Shown here in pieces: positions 63,450 to 64,000 of a DNA stretch of 64,000 nucleotides. Within the stretch, counting starts at the first letter, position 1. Each line of letters begins with the position of its first letter. Source of the stretch: an uncultured Armatimonadia bacterium (GTDB lineage: Bacteria > Armatimonadota > Zipacnadia > CAVVLO01); NCBI GenBank assembly GCA_963749155.1, contig CAVVLO010000002.1, positions 1,344,001 to 1,408,000 of the forward strand, given 5' to 3'. Below the pieces are notes generated by a model that saw nothing but the letters and a program-made list of their open reading frames with translations, did not search any database and was not told where the DNA came from. A program made the position numbers and the translations under genes.

Positions 63450-64000
63450 ATGAAGGTAGATAACGTACTGGGGCCGGCGAAGCGCTTCTACGACCGAGAG
63501 AAATGGCATATGCCTCTCGGTTGCAGAGGCGAGCGCCTGTTCGCTAGCTGGCTTAAATGCGAGCCAGGCTTCGCCGGCCTTGTAGGATATGCCTACCATC
63601 TTGAACGTGCCCAACCTGTTCCAGATTCACCTGCGCCTCAACAATGAGCCAATCAAGTGGGATTCGATCAAAGCTTTCTGGTATCCCAGCCACATCCTGG
63701 TGACCTATCGCCACAAGATGCTGCTGCTCGAAGAACGCAAGTTCATCACTCACTATGATGCGGCGGTATCCGACTTCACGATGAGTAATCCCGGCACCGA
63801 GCATGTCCAGGTCTCGGCCTGGGTGCACAGCGCGCTTTTCCCTGGCCGGATGTTCACGGGGGGGCTTGGGCTTTCGGAAGAGTCGATGCTCGGGCGGGAA
63901 TGGACAGTGGTGCTGTCACTTTCGGACGAATTTGATTTTCCGAGGTATGTCCCACCTGGCGACAAGTGGAACTTCCGGCTCTCCTGCCTTTTCGCGCGCA
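63450..64000 (+). CDS. Hypothetical protein, 3'-truncated, frameshift near 63600 (possibly N-terminus of a glycosidase)
   Basis: GGAGG RBS. After MKVDNVLG... the frame starting at 63604 stays open to the window end (FWYPSHI...EERKFIT..DAAVS). Confidence 0.5.

Overview
GC-rich bacterial chromosomal window, probably from a deep-branching diderm Terrabacteria lineage. Armatimonadota-like is an inference from the SLH-porin, the tamB-ECF-bamA-ompH-lpxD cluster, the H-X9-DG pilin-like gene and the rplI-dnaB linkage. Left third: catabolic genes (sulfatase, two SDRs, a glycyl-radical enzyme, secreted glycoside-hydrolase-like proteins) and a cysE-nifU-nifS-cysK block. That block lies at the centre of three nested inverted-repeat pairs, which include REP/BIME-like arrays and two paralogous secreted-protein genes with near-identical ends but divergent middles. 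Middle: an uncharacterised two-gene module beside tRNA-Ile2(CAT), a putative SOS-boxed ImuB-C-like/dnaE2 pair, rmuC, outer-membrane biogenesis genes, and an exosortase with an EpsI-like partner. Right: a divergent 16S rRNA plus tRNA-Ile(GAT) with no linked 23S, rplI-dnaB-purD-purE-purF, and three tandem secreted genes sharing a C-terminal TM-VKLRKR tail. About a dozen genes carry single-base frameshifts, most likely long-read assembly indels. Family names were assigned by motif recognition only; no database search was run.
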